DNA of 53,718 nt, the filler included, from Catajapyx aquilonaris (lineage: Eukaryota), in assembly GCA_000934665.2 (NCBI GenBank). It is 3 parts of 3 records of this genome, joined end to end, with 100 filler letters (N's around TTAATTAATTAA, not from the genome) between each part and the next. Parts side by side here need not be neighbours in the genome. Positions count along the whole stretch, not along the records: positions 35,947 to 53,718 come from JYFJ02006864.1; 2 more parts are not named here. One strand, given 5' to 3'. The position numbers were made by a program, and so were the translations under genes. The notes under the pieces are model-generated. The model had not been told where the DNA came from. It made no database searches and saw only the letters and a list, made by a program, of their open reading frames with translations. Shown here piece after piece: positions 37,572 through 49,022 of the stretch (positions within the stretch are counted from its first letter, which is position 1; every line of letters begins with the position of its first letter).

Positions 37572-37806
37572 CAGTGCTTCCCAATTTCTTTTGTTGGCGA
37601 CCCCAAAAAATCGTCTTGTAAAATTTGCGACCCCGTATATGTGCACATTTCGATCCGCCAACATGAAAAGACAGGTAAATAGTGAAATGACCTTACCTTA
37701 TGGTCATAATATTCAAGAAAGATAGCATCATTTTGTGAAAATAATTTGTTACCCTCCCTCGCAACCGCAAATATTATTTTCGCGACCCACAATTTGGGAA
37801 GCACTG
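37572..37806. mobile_element. hAT-type MITE
   Basis: 13-bp TIR CAGTGCTTCCCAA / TTGGGAAGCACTG. Perfect 8-bp TSD CTTTTGAC at 37564-37571 and 37807-37814. Confidence 0.93.
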
Positions 37807-38300
37807 CTTTTGACAAAAGGGAATCCACAGTCCTGCCCTCTTCCTTGACTCTTCATCTCGTGTCAAGCACAATCAGCTTCTGGTTCACCACAAAAACTGC
37901 TGTCCTCGTCCATTCCTCAGTTTTGTCTTTTTCACTGGGTCCTTAGACTTCTTCTGTGACTGAATGATCAGGTCACTGAACATGGCTATCGGTCTGTACA
38001 TCACCTTCTTTAACAATAAGTCATCCATTCTTTTCACTTGGGTACCCTTTGGGTAACATGCTCACCTTAACACATTTAGGTACTTATCTATTCTGGACAC
38101 ATGCATTTTTCTTAATTCTCAATTTACCAAAATTTAACAATCAGTCTTTCCACCCATCTTCCTTCAAAAGTTTCAAGTGGTCTTCAACATTTCCATAACA
38201 TGGAATCCTTTTGCTCTATACAAACTTTGCCACAATTCTGTGTAGTGTCGTTCAGTTATAATTCCATTTTTATTAATACCGTACCTGATAACAACATATA

Positions 38301-38427
38301 TGCCTGATTGCACCAACGAAATTACCAATTCCATAGCTCCTAACAGATCGTTAGCACACGTTAAAAGGGTGTCCTAATGATCTGTTGGGAGCTATCGAAT
38401 CGGTAATTCCGTTGGTGCAATCTGGCA
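38301..38427. mobile_element. 127-bp palindromic mini-MITE (Harbinger-like termini)
   Basis: ~59-bp arms with about 7 mismatches. End TGCCTGATTGCACCA resembles the TIR of the 41849 element. Confidence 0.7.
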
Positions 38428-39126
38428 ATAGTAGCCTACTCTCCTCTGATATTGTTAGCAATCACGTAGGTCAGTTTCAGTTTGTTTTTCTGTGCGAGAA
38501 TAATAGGCCAAAAAACTATAAGATTGATCTTAGGCTATAGCCTGCTTGTAGCATGTTTACATGAGTAATGCAGCCACACCAATACGCCAAATATCATGGA
38601 AACCTTCGTTCAGGCCCTGTGGAAAACAAGTTGAAAACTGATTGTTTGAAATGAAAACACTTTCGGCATTCTATAATTTCCATACGTTGGTGAATGAAGT
38701 TGCTTATGGCCTATCAATAAGACTCATTAAATAAATTATGTCATTCATTCGATCTTCTAGGCAAAAGAGATTTTAAAAACCTGTGTGGTAAAATATGTAC
38801 ATTTTTTACATTCTGGAAAAAGCAGGTGCATCATGAGAAAAATGTGTAGAAATAATGACTCTGTACAATAACTTATTGCATATGAGTTCTCATGCATTTT
38901 TTGAGCCCCTGATGAATGAACACAAATTGCAAGGAAAATCTCTACACACTTCGCATACTAGGTCAGTGAACAATCAAAAATTTTTAACCAAGCCTTAGAA
39001 AGAGATGTGCACACTGTTATAATCAGTCAACTGAAACAACTTCTTAGTTAATCTTGTAAATTAACATGTCTAACATAATTATTATGGAGTATAGTTATTT
39101 AGACTGCCGTGTCATGGCACTTACAC

Positions 39127-39424
39127 TTTTTTCTTTTTTTTTTTATTTTTTTTAACCCCGTGATAGAGCCAGTGGCTCTCTTAGGGGGGAAGGGGGAAGT
39201 TCCCTAGGGAGGGCGCTGTAATTTTTGAGTCATTTCTGACTTGTGAAAAACACCAGACCTTTTCTACTGGCCCCAGGCAGATAGGGAGTGCAATTCTGCC
39301 CCGGCATGTCGGGTGAAAAGCGGAAAAAGACCCGGCCAAGCAGAGGTGACGGGGACGGGATTTGAACCCTGGCCTCCCGCTTGGCTGGCCAGCGGCGTAG
39401 CCGCTAGACCACCATGCCGCCCAT
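39127..39424 (-). mobile_element. tRNA-derived SINE, second head type
   Basis: Minus strand A box TGGTCTAGCGG, B box GGTTCAAATCC, poly(A) tail. 12-bp TSD TGGCACTTACAC at 39115-39126 and 39425-39436. Confidence 0.9.
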
Positions 39425-39513
39425 TGGCACTTACACCTTTACAAGAGCAACAACATTAAGGCATCAATTAAGGAACCGGGACTGACATGATCTGAAGATC
39501 AAGTCACCCCCCC

Positions 39514-40902
39514 TTAGAAAAGCGATCTTTTCCAGTCAATACACTTACTTTCTCTCGTGTGATACCTGTAGACTAGTTCATTTTCGAATACAGCTCTACA
39601 TTTTTGACATTTAAATTTCCTTGTGAAACACTTTTGGCTGGACTTTGGAGTTAGCTTTGATGGGGTTACTTTTTGTCGGGGTGTGTGTGAACGAGTAGCC
39701 TGGTCCAGTTGTGCATCATTACTTGGTGAATTAGCTGCAGGTAAGAACTGACAATTATCAGCAAAAGTTACACGTTTGGTATTGTGACGTTGTCGTCCAA
39801 CATCTGCACCATTATTCGATGGCTTAGCTCCAGATAAGGTCTGACATTGCCCATCCTCAGTTCCATGTTTGGAATGGTGGCGTTGTTGTCCAATATATGC
39901 ACTAGGAAGGTGATCACTGCACAAATCTACAGTGCTGACTGTCCCTCCCTCTTCCTCTGAAGAATCTGAGATTGGCAGCCTGCCCCAATTCTTCTTCCTC
40001 TTTCCACTGGTACAGCTGTTGTCCTTTTCAAGGTCCTGGTCTGGGGGCCTGCATTCCTTCTTCCTCTTCTTTCCCTTTCCTAGGCCTCCGTGTAGGATCG
40101 CTTCCCCTCTGGTGTCATTATTGATGGCAATGACTTGTTCCTGTACTTCGGTTTCAGATAGTAATACAACATCATCATCGTCCTTATTGGTAGCCTTGTG
40201 CCCACTATGAGATGCCTTACCTATCTCATTTCCATCATTGATGTTGTGTCTGCTTTGAGAAGGCTCATGGCTCTCGGTTTCACTGTTGTCCCTGCGTGAT
40301 GACACTTGTTCCTGCACTCTCACTTCTGGTGCTGTAGAGCGCTCACTGCACAATGTAGAACTACCTGGTACCACCCCCTCTCCTTCTGAAGAATCTGAGT
40401 CCAGCACCATTCTTGCCTTTCTCCTCCTCCTTTTTGACTGCTTCAACTTGCCGCTTGGTGTTCCATCCTCTTTAGAATAATCTGCACCTGGTGCCGTGGC
40501 TGATTCCTTTCGGCTATTTGATCTTACAGCATTGTCATGGCTGGGCTCGGGTCCAGGAGGGGAAACCCTATAACACTCAGTTTGACCAAAATCAACGGCC
40601 AGTAGGTGGCAGAGTTGCCTCAGTATATAAAGCTCATCACAAGTTGCAGCTATCTTTCCAACATATATGAATCGTAGCAACAGCTCGACTGATGCCACAG
40701 TGAAATCTGGTAGCATAATGCTGGAATCTATGGTGTTTTCATGTGTTAGCAAGTAACTACGCAGATGGTCAGAACTGGCGGCCAATACCGTCCGATGAGC
40801 CCTTAGTCGCCCTCCCTTGCAATAAATCACTATGTCCTTAAATTCATCATACGGAAAGGCCTCATGCGGAGGATGCCGGTTCTTCAGCTTTACAGACGCC
40901 AT
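39514..40902 (-). CDS. BTB/POZ protein with one C-terminal zinc finger, 462 aa, single coding exon
   Basis: DIVIYCKGGRLRAHRTVLAASS..LLRFIYVG BTB signature, long disordered linker, C-terminal FKCQKC...H....C finger. Splice acceptor TTTGTAG directly before the ATG. Confidence 0.88.
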   Translation of the reverse strand: MASVKLKNRHPPHEAFPYDEFKDIVIYCKGGRLRAHRTVLAASSDHLRSYLLTHENTIDSSIMLPDFTVASVELLLRFIYVGKIAATCDELYILRQLCHLLAVDFGQTECYRVSPPGPEPSHDNAVRSNSRKESATAPGADYSKEDGTPSGKLKQSKRRRRKARMVLDSDSSEGEGVVPGSSTLCSERSTAPEVRVQEQVSSRRDNSETESHEPSQSRHNINDGNEIGKASHSGHKATNKDDDDVVLLSETEVQEQVIAINNDTRGEAILHGGLGKGKKRKKECRPPDQDLEKDNSCTSGKRKKNWGRLPISDSSEEEGGTVSTVDLCSDHLPSAYIGQQRHHSKHGTEDGQCQTLSGAKPSNNGADVGRQRHNTKRVTFADNCQFLPAANSPSNDAQLDQATRSHTPRQKVTPSKLTPKSSQKCFTRKFKCQKCRAVFENELVYRYHTRESKCIDWKRSLF

Positions 40903-41848
40903 CTACAAACCAGGAAAATATTAACAAAATTAGTTATCCTTTTAGTTGTAGACCTGGACATCAAAAAAAGTGGAACACATTGCAAATTGGCGATCAAAGG
41001 ACTTCCACTGGCATGGAGGTTTGTTATGATCCCTTGATTTCAAAGTGGGGCCACAAAAACTGTCACTTAGGATCCAACCTGGAGGCCATTTTTCAAAGTG
41101 GGAAATACAAATTTAAAAATATACACATTGCATTTAGTTCCCTACAATGTTGAGTGTTGTTTCCAGATTCACTTTGAACTCTGGACACGACTTTCCCATA
41201 ACTGACAAGTGAGTCCAAATTTATCAAAATAAAGGCAATTTTCAAAAATAGGGGGCTGATTTTCAAAAATTGTGGTTTTGAGTTATTTCTGCAATCCTGG
41301 TGTTGCTTCCAGACATTTTTCAGTTTCTGAAGACAATTCTTACACTGCAGACACAAACTTGTGAATTTATTTCAAAATGAACGCAAATTTCTTTCCAAAA
41401 GTATTTTAGAAAATTAATAGGTTGAGGAATTTCCACAACTTCGGGGCAGTTTAGAAGTGTTCAAGGTAGCTGGAGATGATTCCATTGTTTGCACAAAATT
41501 TTGAACCTCTTTCAAAATGGAAACAATATTCTTATCAAAATACAAGGGCTCATTTTGTCCCAATTCAGCCACAGGTGGGGTGAACAGGGACCCCTGTTAT
41601 TTTTCAATGCGAGTACCTTTTCAACATGCAACTGTGGTTAATAATGGCTTAATTTCCGTTTTTAATAATGTTTCATGACCACATACAAGTGTTCTATTCA
41701 AAATTATGGAAATGTCCCATCTACTGCTGTAGGCTGTAGTTCTACTCTAGAAAGGACCTAACAATTATTTATTTTCAGTTCAAAATTTACTTCAATAACA
41801 ATAACAACAATCTTTATCTAAATTTCAATAATAATGGTATCCCATTGA

Positions 41849-42351
41849 GGGCCGGTTGCACCAGTCGCGGTATATGGAACGGTATATGGAAGAACCCTGC
41901 ACCGCGGGTACATGGTATATTCCATGAAAAACCGCGGGTTTATTCCATAGTGTTGCACCGGTCCAGATAAACACGGCGTTTTCGGTAGTGCGCTGGCTCA
42001 TGAGAGACGTAAGCGGGCAAAATTTTTGGAGAGCCCTGATTGGATCGCAGCACCCGTGACGCAATCCGTGACGTCATGGAAGTATGGCTAGTCGTCTTGT
42101 ACCTACGGCAACCACGTGGCAGGGTTGCCACCTGGTGTCACACAGTACACAAAACGCCGCAACCACGACAACACCATAAACCCGCGGTATAAGCAACTTG
42201 TGCTGCAGGATCGGCAGGTAGATGGATCCGGCGGTAAATGGGAGGGAGAACGGGCCGTTTTAGAACAACCGTAGGTGGCGCAACACTTCTCGCGGTATAC
42301 CGGAGTCAAAACCCACCGTTTTCCATATACCGCGACTGGTGTAACCGGCCC
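41849..42351. mobile_element. PIF/Harbinger-type MITE
   Basis: ~30-bp TIR GGGCCGGTTGCACCAGTCGCGGTATATGGAA. 3-bp TSD TGA at 41846-41848 and 42352-42354. Confidence 0.9.
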
Positions 42352-42786
42352 TGAAACAGTGCTTTTAACCAGTGCAGTGGTATGTATATCCATATCAGAA
42401 AAGAACACCTGACCAGATGCTTTAGTGTATTGCTATTTATAGTGTGGGAAAAAACATAGTAAAAAAAAATGCATGTTGGAAAGAAAACATGGCAATACTA
42501 TATTGAGGATAATAATGTAAATGTGAAAATATTTCCAACAACACTGTTGCCAGCAGATAAATGGATAATTCAAGTATTCTTGCTTGCAATATGTACCAGT
42601 CGAAAAATCCTGGGCTGGCTACCCTTTGTGGGGAAAATATATCGATAATGATATCATAATATATTCACACCTTTACTTTTTGAGACCATTATTCTTGCAA
42701 GGTTTGGTGAAGAATGTTAACATCGTGTGAGTTTACAAATTATTATTACTATTATTACCGTTATTATACGTTCATTAATTATTAAT

Positions 42787-43024
42787 TACCCCATCTGACG
42801 ATAAGACGCATTTTCTGCCCCCAAGAAATAGTTTTAAAAATCACCCTACGTCTTGTATGTGAAAATACACTAATTTTTTTTCCCCTGCATATATCTGCTG
42901 AAATGCGGGTGTGTCTTATATGGCGTCATCATCATCATCATTTCATTTCCTTCACGGCATATTCCCATCAAGATGGGGTTACCAGCGATGACCAGGTAGG
43001 CCTTATATGGCGTCAAATACAGTA
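42787..43024. mobile_element. Degenerate pogo/Tigger-like MITE containing a 73-bp truncated retroposon (42929-43001, minus strand)
   Basis: Right end TTATATGGCGTCAAATACAGTA. The insert has a (TGA)n tail and is flanked by a 14-bp duplication CTTATATGGCGTCA (42915-42928, 43002-43015). Confidence 0.65.
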
Positions 43025-45324
43025 ATATAAATTAGAATAAAATTTATATGAAGAATAATATTTAACAACATCAATAATAAAATATATTGCCCCTTATTTC
43101 ACAATAGGCCTATTCGTTCTCGGCCAGCTTATTAGAGCTTGTAAGGGTGCTTATGCACTGGTGCTGCACAGGGCCACTAAATACGTAATGATTCTTCCAG
43201 TTGCAAAACAAAGTCCCGAGAGCGTCATTCGCAACCTTCCATTACAATCTTCAAAATAATCCTGACCAATGCATTTTGCTCAATATCTGTGGCCACAGCA
43301 GACCTTACACCCTCTTATCATACTACAGGCCATGACCTCCCCCCTCCTCCACTGCCAAGTGAAATCCTGGCACCATCATGAATGAATACATTGTCCTCAT
43401 GTCAACATTCACAAAGGAAGCTTCAAGCGACCCTGCCTGTCCTATAGGGGTGGCCCAGGTGGGTTCCCCTCACCTTTGATCAACCAGCAAACAGGTGGCC
43501 GGTCAGCAGACGCAGCTGGAGATTCTCAGGAGTTGAAAAAGGGGTTCAGAACTGCCAGTCTTTCAAGCTTCCAAGGACTTAATGAGGCCAGCTACTACGC
43601 GAATACCAACCTACCCAATGGAATAAACAGCTACAGGATGATTGATTCCGCCGAACGTGGACAGGTGGCAGCAGCAGCAAACACGCGCCTGGTTCAAAAT
43701 CAAGCTGTACTAGTATTTTAATTTCAAACTAAAACAACCCCCACAGTAGCTTCCATATTCCCAATGAACACACCCATTTTCAAAAAGCAACTAAACTGAT
43801 CTTTATTACAACACATTCAATATAATGTGACATTGTCATTTACAATGGGTTTAATTAGGGATGTTGTCAATTGAGGGTAACTCCAGAACATGTAGTCGCA
43901 TTAATCACACAGAAGAAAATTACTGAAGATCTGCAGATCAATAGTCACGTTTGGCCTAACTGCATGTCGTATGGTCATTGACTAGGACTTCCTGGCTGTT
44001 GAATTTTCTGTTTGTTAATAATTTAGTTCCCTACTAAGATGTCAGGCATAAGCAGGAGGGGGGAACAAAAACAGCTTGAAATTTCAATTATGCAATACGT
44101 TGAAAATGTGACTCGGATAATTCTGCAAATACTGTCTTCAATTGAATTACAGAAGCAAATAAGATCTACTTGCCATGTCAAGTTATCCAAATCATTACAG
44201 AAAAAAAACAACAGAAGCAAAATAGTATCCAATGTTTGATTTTTCGAATGCATACCTGGACATCAAAAATTGTTCCACGCACATACACATATTGCAGATC
44301 TTTCAGTTTCACAGGTCCACGTACATTTTCAAATATAATTTCTACACACTAAAACACACACTATATGAAACAACTTAAGCTATCAGTGACATTAAAATCC
44401 TAGAGCAAACAAGACCCCCCCTCCCCCCCGAACAACCTATTCTTAAATCCATGGATACGGAACTTTTTGTCCGCATCCATGCTTATTCGTGCCCATGACA
44501 ACATATCAACATCAATGGTTCCTGTGGGCAAACAGGTGTGTAAACCAACGAAAAGGCCACTTCTCACAGGTATGAATACAAGCCAGAGGAAGAAAAAGTT
44601 GGCACGGGCTGAGGAAGAAGAACAAAAAAAACCTGCCTTGTCTGTTGGGAAGAAACTGCAAAACATGAACTCCTTTTGCAAATGAATCTAGCTGATTTTC
44701 AACATCTGACAGTGGTTCAGATAACATGTGCACAACATCAAGACTACACAGACTCCACCTTTGAGACTCTCTTCCACAAGAAAACAACCAAGGATTGGCG
44801 GGAGTAAACAACAAAACGTCTACTAGTTCTATATAAAAAAAAAGTCATGGTCACATGAGGAACGAATTGTGCACCTTCACATATATTTTGACACAAAAAT
44901 CATGAATAATCAGACTTATACAGTACCAGTCTCTGGAAATCCAGGATCAGATCAGATTGTTCACAAGCACCGCTCTCTCTAGCAAATGTCCGTTATTCTA
45001 GAAATGTGCAAAAAAAAACTGAAAGCAAGTCTACACAACTTACTCGTACAATAAGTTTTTATAAGTAGGCTGGTCGGAGGCAGCAGTGACTGAGCATCAT
45101 CGGAGAATGGCTGTCTGAAAACCCATCACCGCATTTGGAATGATGTGGCTAATGGGTTACAGAGCCCTAAAATATCCCAATTTGACGGCCCCACTTGTGA
45201 CACCATAGCTACTGACCTCCACTCTCTGTTTACATTCAGGCGAGCTACATTCTACAACAGAGACGAGTTTGACGCAGAAAGGGCATTAATTCAATAAAGG
45301 CAAGTCAGTCCCACTGCAAGCCAT

Positions 45325-47817
45325 TTAAGTTCTGCCAGAATGGGCTTCAAGTTCGTGCCTTTTCAGTAGCTGTGGAAAGTAGTAAGAACAGTCGCACTGC
45401 TTGCACTTGAAGGCTTTTACTTTGGAGTGTGAGTAGCGGTGCTCTTTCAGCAAATCCAGAGCCAAAAACTCTCGAGGGCAGAGGTCACACTTGTAGATCG
45501 AATTGGAAGGATGGTACCGACTATGGGCTGCAAGATCTTCCTTAGCTGGAAAGTTCAGTTTGCAGACGAAGCAGAATGTGGAACAGTCAGGAAGGCCTGT
45601 GGCCTGGTCCATGTCACGGGTTGTGTTGTGGTTGGATGATGAGGCCATGTTGCGGCGGCGAATGGAGTTTAGGTCCACAATAGGTGGGTCATCTGGATCA
45701 TCATCTGGGTTGTACGCCCCGAATGAATTGGCCCACAAGCTTCCGCTACGGGGTGTCTTCATCACTCTAGCTCCTCCTATTGGAGCACCTGCACGCTTCA
45801 TGCCTGGTGTCAAGGGATGCTGACCTGGCATTGGAGGACTGGTGCTCTCTGACCCGACGTTGTGCATGGTGTTCATGTGTAACATCAGTTGTTTAATTTC
45901 GGGAAAAGCATGCTCACATATGTTGCATTTAAATGGCATATGTTCATCTCGATGCTTCTCTAACTCCTGCTTTGAAGCAAGTATTATCCCACACTCTTCA
46001 CACTTGTGCTCTTTCGGCACTGAGATTTCAAACTGGTAATGCTTCAGAATGTGCCTGTATGTCATTTTGCGGGTAGCAAACTCTTCTGAACATACGAGGC
46101 ACTGCAGTTCACGTTCTTGCATATGCTTCTGTACCTGGTGCTTATGATATTCTGATTCTAAGGTGAACGTAATCTGGCACGTCTTGCACTCCATGATGCC
46201 CCCTTCTGGGTGTTTCCTCTGTCGATGACGCTCAAGGTCTTCCTCTGTCTTGTACATCTCAAAGCACTGCAAGCACTTGAATCTGCAGTAGTAAGAGGGT
46301 GCATCATTAATTACTCTCGAATGATATACACGCAAGATTAGTGCAACTACAGCAAAGAATGATCTTAAAACAGCACAAAAACTGTCACAGCCAAATTAGT
46401 GCAATTTACATTATAATCATGTGGTACAGTGCTGGCCATATATCGAGGCAACCGCCAGCGACATTTTTCCGAAGCGGCAGAAGAAGGAATCGAAGATAAG
46501 CATGCTACAAGCCGGGAGAGCAAGATTCTTTCTTCTGCCGCTTCGGAAAAATGTAGCTGGCGGTTGCCTCGATATATGACTTGGTTGTATTATAATTGAA
46601 GGGCTCGGGAGTAAACAATGGTAAGGGACATGTAACACACTCTGAGAAAAGAAGAGAAGTTTCCGGAAACCTCATAATTATTTCCTTACACATACAAAAA
46701 CAAAACACATGGTTTCACAAAATCTGTGAAACCATGTGTTTTGTTTATTCATGTGTAAGGAAATAATTATGAGGTTTCCGGAAACTTCTTCTCAATTAAT
46801 ATCTTTCACCCTCATTATTAACTACACATTAAAACAGTTTGGGCTCCTCACTAACCTAAATTCCCCCAGAAGTGGCTCGGCTGCCACAGCTGCAGCCGGC
46901 TTGGGAATTACCACCATCGGCTGTCCCGAGTTGCGGGTAGTTGCTGGACTGGCCCCAGAGACAGTCCCATGCAGTCCAGCGATGTGGAGGGTCAAAGCAC
47001 GCTGATTGGCCAAGTCACACTGGCATACCTGGCATCGATATCTCGGCAGCTCTGGTACAGGAACTGGCACTGGTTCAGGGCAAGGTACAGGTTTTGCCTT
47101 GGGCACGCATGTAGCTACGTGTCGCTTCAGGCTCTTCTCCTGATAAAAAAGTTTCCTGCAGTTTGGGCAGCTATGCTGTCCATGGGCTGCGTTGCGGTGG
47201 TTGTAAATGTCCTTTAGAACGCTGAAGGGCTGCAGGCAGACATCACACCTGTAGGTATGGCCTGATCCAGGGTGGGATACCTGGGTGTGGCTACTAAGGG
47301 CAAGTGAGCTGGCAAAGTGCCTGTGGCAAATGAAACAGGTGAAATCTTTCTTCTTGACACTTGATGTAGAGTCTCGAGAGTCCGAATCATTCCATTCATC
47401 TTCAACCTCTTGCTCCACAACAACTTCTCGTTTCATTGTCAGTTCCACTTTAGGATTTTCTTCACCTTCTTCTTCAACTATGTTATAGTTCATCAGGGGA
47501 TTGAAGCAGAGAATCTCAAACAGCGTCCTCATATGAATCATGTCGTCAGTGTTAACCAATGCAGTTCCAACATATGCCAGTCGGAGGAAACTCTCTACTG
47601 CAGACGCAGAAACCTCAGGTATTTGGATGTTCATATCTGGCCTGTCTTCCGTCAGTAGGCCAGCCAAAAAAGGCGAAAGTGTTGCCAGCACTGCCCGATG
47701 TGCTCTTAAGCGTGCACCTTGACAATATATCACCATGTCCTTGGTTAAAACGTCAGACATCAAGTCATCAAAAAAAGCGTCCCTCCCCTGATAGGGAACC
47801 TTCACCATTTTTGTCAT
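45325..47817 (-). CDS. BTB/POZ plus 12 zinc fingers transcription factor, 639 aa; exons 47817-46856, 46282-45325
   Basis: DMVIYCQGARLRAHRAVLA..FLRLAYVG BTB; eleven C2H2 and one C2HC finger. GTTAGT donor and TGCAG acceptor are in phase (1920 nt). Acceptor TTTCAG just 5' of the ATG. Minus-strand AATAAA at 43802-43807. Confidence 0.92.
46437..46578. repeat. Intronic hairpin 1 (~55-bp arms)
   Basis: CATATATCGAGGCAACCGCCAGC..GGAATC / GATTC..GCTGGCGGTTGCCTCGATATATG. Confidence 0.9.
46655..46788. repeat. Intronic hairpin 2 (near-perfect palindrome, ~64-bp arms)
   Basis: AGAAGTTTCCGGAAACCTCATAATTATTTCC..CACATGGTTTCACA / TGTGAAACCATGTG..GGAAATAATTATGAGGTTTCCGGAAACTTCT. Confidence 0.92.
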
Positions 47818-48582
47818 CTTGCCTGAAATAAAAAAAATCTTTGTCAGTATCAGCATAAATTAGCATCTATATTATGATTTCAAAAAAAGTTCAAACTGAG
47901 GTCATCATTATTGTCATTCCTAAGCAAGTCACAATAATAAGTGCAATATAGGTAAGGTCAATCAAAACTTTAAACATCAGTGTATGCAAAGGTGATAAAA
48001 AATTCATTCCCGCCTTTTGGACGGGCTGCTCTTGGCTAATTTCTGAGCTGATGAAGTTTTTAAAAGGCATGCAATTCTAGCACTGTTGGTACAATCAGCT
48101 CAAAAAAAGCTGTTGACCTGACTCCCGTAGTTTGTGGTAGGTTGCATTTACTACCAAAATTACATAAAAGTGCAATTTGCATCCCGATTATAACTGAAAC
48201 TGGACAAATCTGGTGCTTTTCATCCCCTTTCACAGCTCCTTTTCAATTTATGGCCGTTATTACCTTGGCATTCTTGCATGTTCACACACTAGTACCAAAG
48301 TAATGAAGCATGATGGCCAAGGAACAAAATAATTAAAATGTGTTACACGCTGACTTTACATGCTAAATGACATCACTATTATTGCCATTATTAAGAAAAT
48401 TTAAATACAGGAAGTACCAGGTTTACGCTGCTCCACTTTAAGCCGTTTCTTTTTAACTCTGGGTTTTTAATTACATTTGAAATTTTTCGACACATTTCAA
48501 GATAACAACACACTCTAAACATAAACTGCAAAGGCTCTTCTTTTGTTTTTCCCGGTGCCTTGTGGCAGGTTCCATCGATATA

Positions 48583-49022
48583 CAGGGTGAAGGGTAACTC
48601 GCAGACGATCGCCAGGTAAACTAATAGTACTCGCAAAACTAATATAGGGATGTGCAATTAGCTTTGGGCTCTGTTCCGTAGTTAATGCGTATGGCGCCTT
48701 TAAAGTGTGGAGGGCCAGATGGTAAAATATGAGGTAAAAACGACAAAGTGCATGGGTTTTGCACCCGAATTCTTACTCCGACGGGATTTGATCACCCATT
48801 GCACATGTACGATGTGTGAGGGGACCAAGGCAAGGGACCGAAGGATCGAGCTGACTTTTGCTTCTTTGAAGCTGGTGGAATGAATGTGAAATCATGAAAC
48901 TTTGACAGTGCCGTATGTATTAACTATGCAGCAGAGCCCAAAACTAATTGCACATCCCTATATTAGTTTTACAAGTACTATCAGTCTATTTGGCGATTGT
49001 TCACGAGTTTCCCTTCCCCCTG
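48583..49022. mobile_element. Tc1/mariner-type MITE with ~90-bp TIRs
   Basis: TA|CAGGGTGAAGGG...AAAACTAATATAGGGATGTGCAATTAG / CTAATTGCACATCCCTATATTAGTTTT...CCCTTCCCCCTG|TA. Confidence 0.88.
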
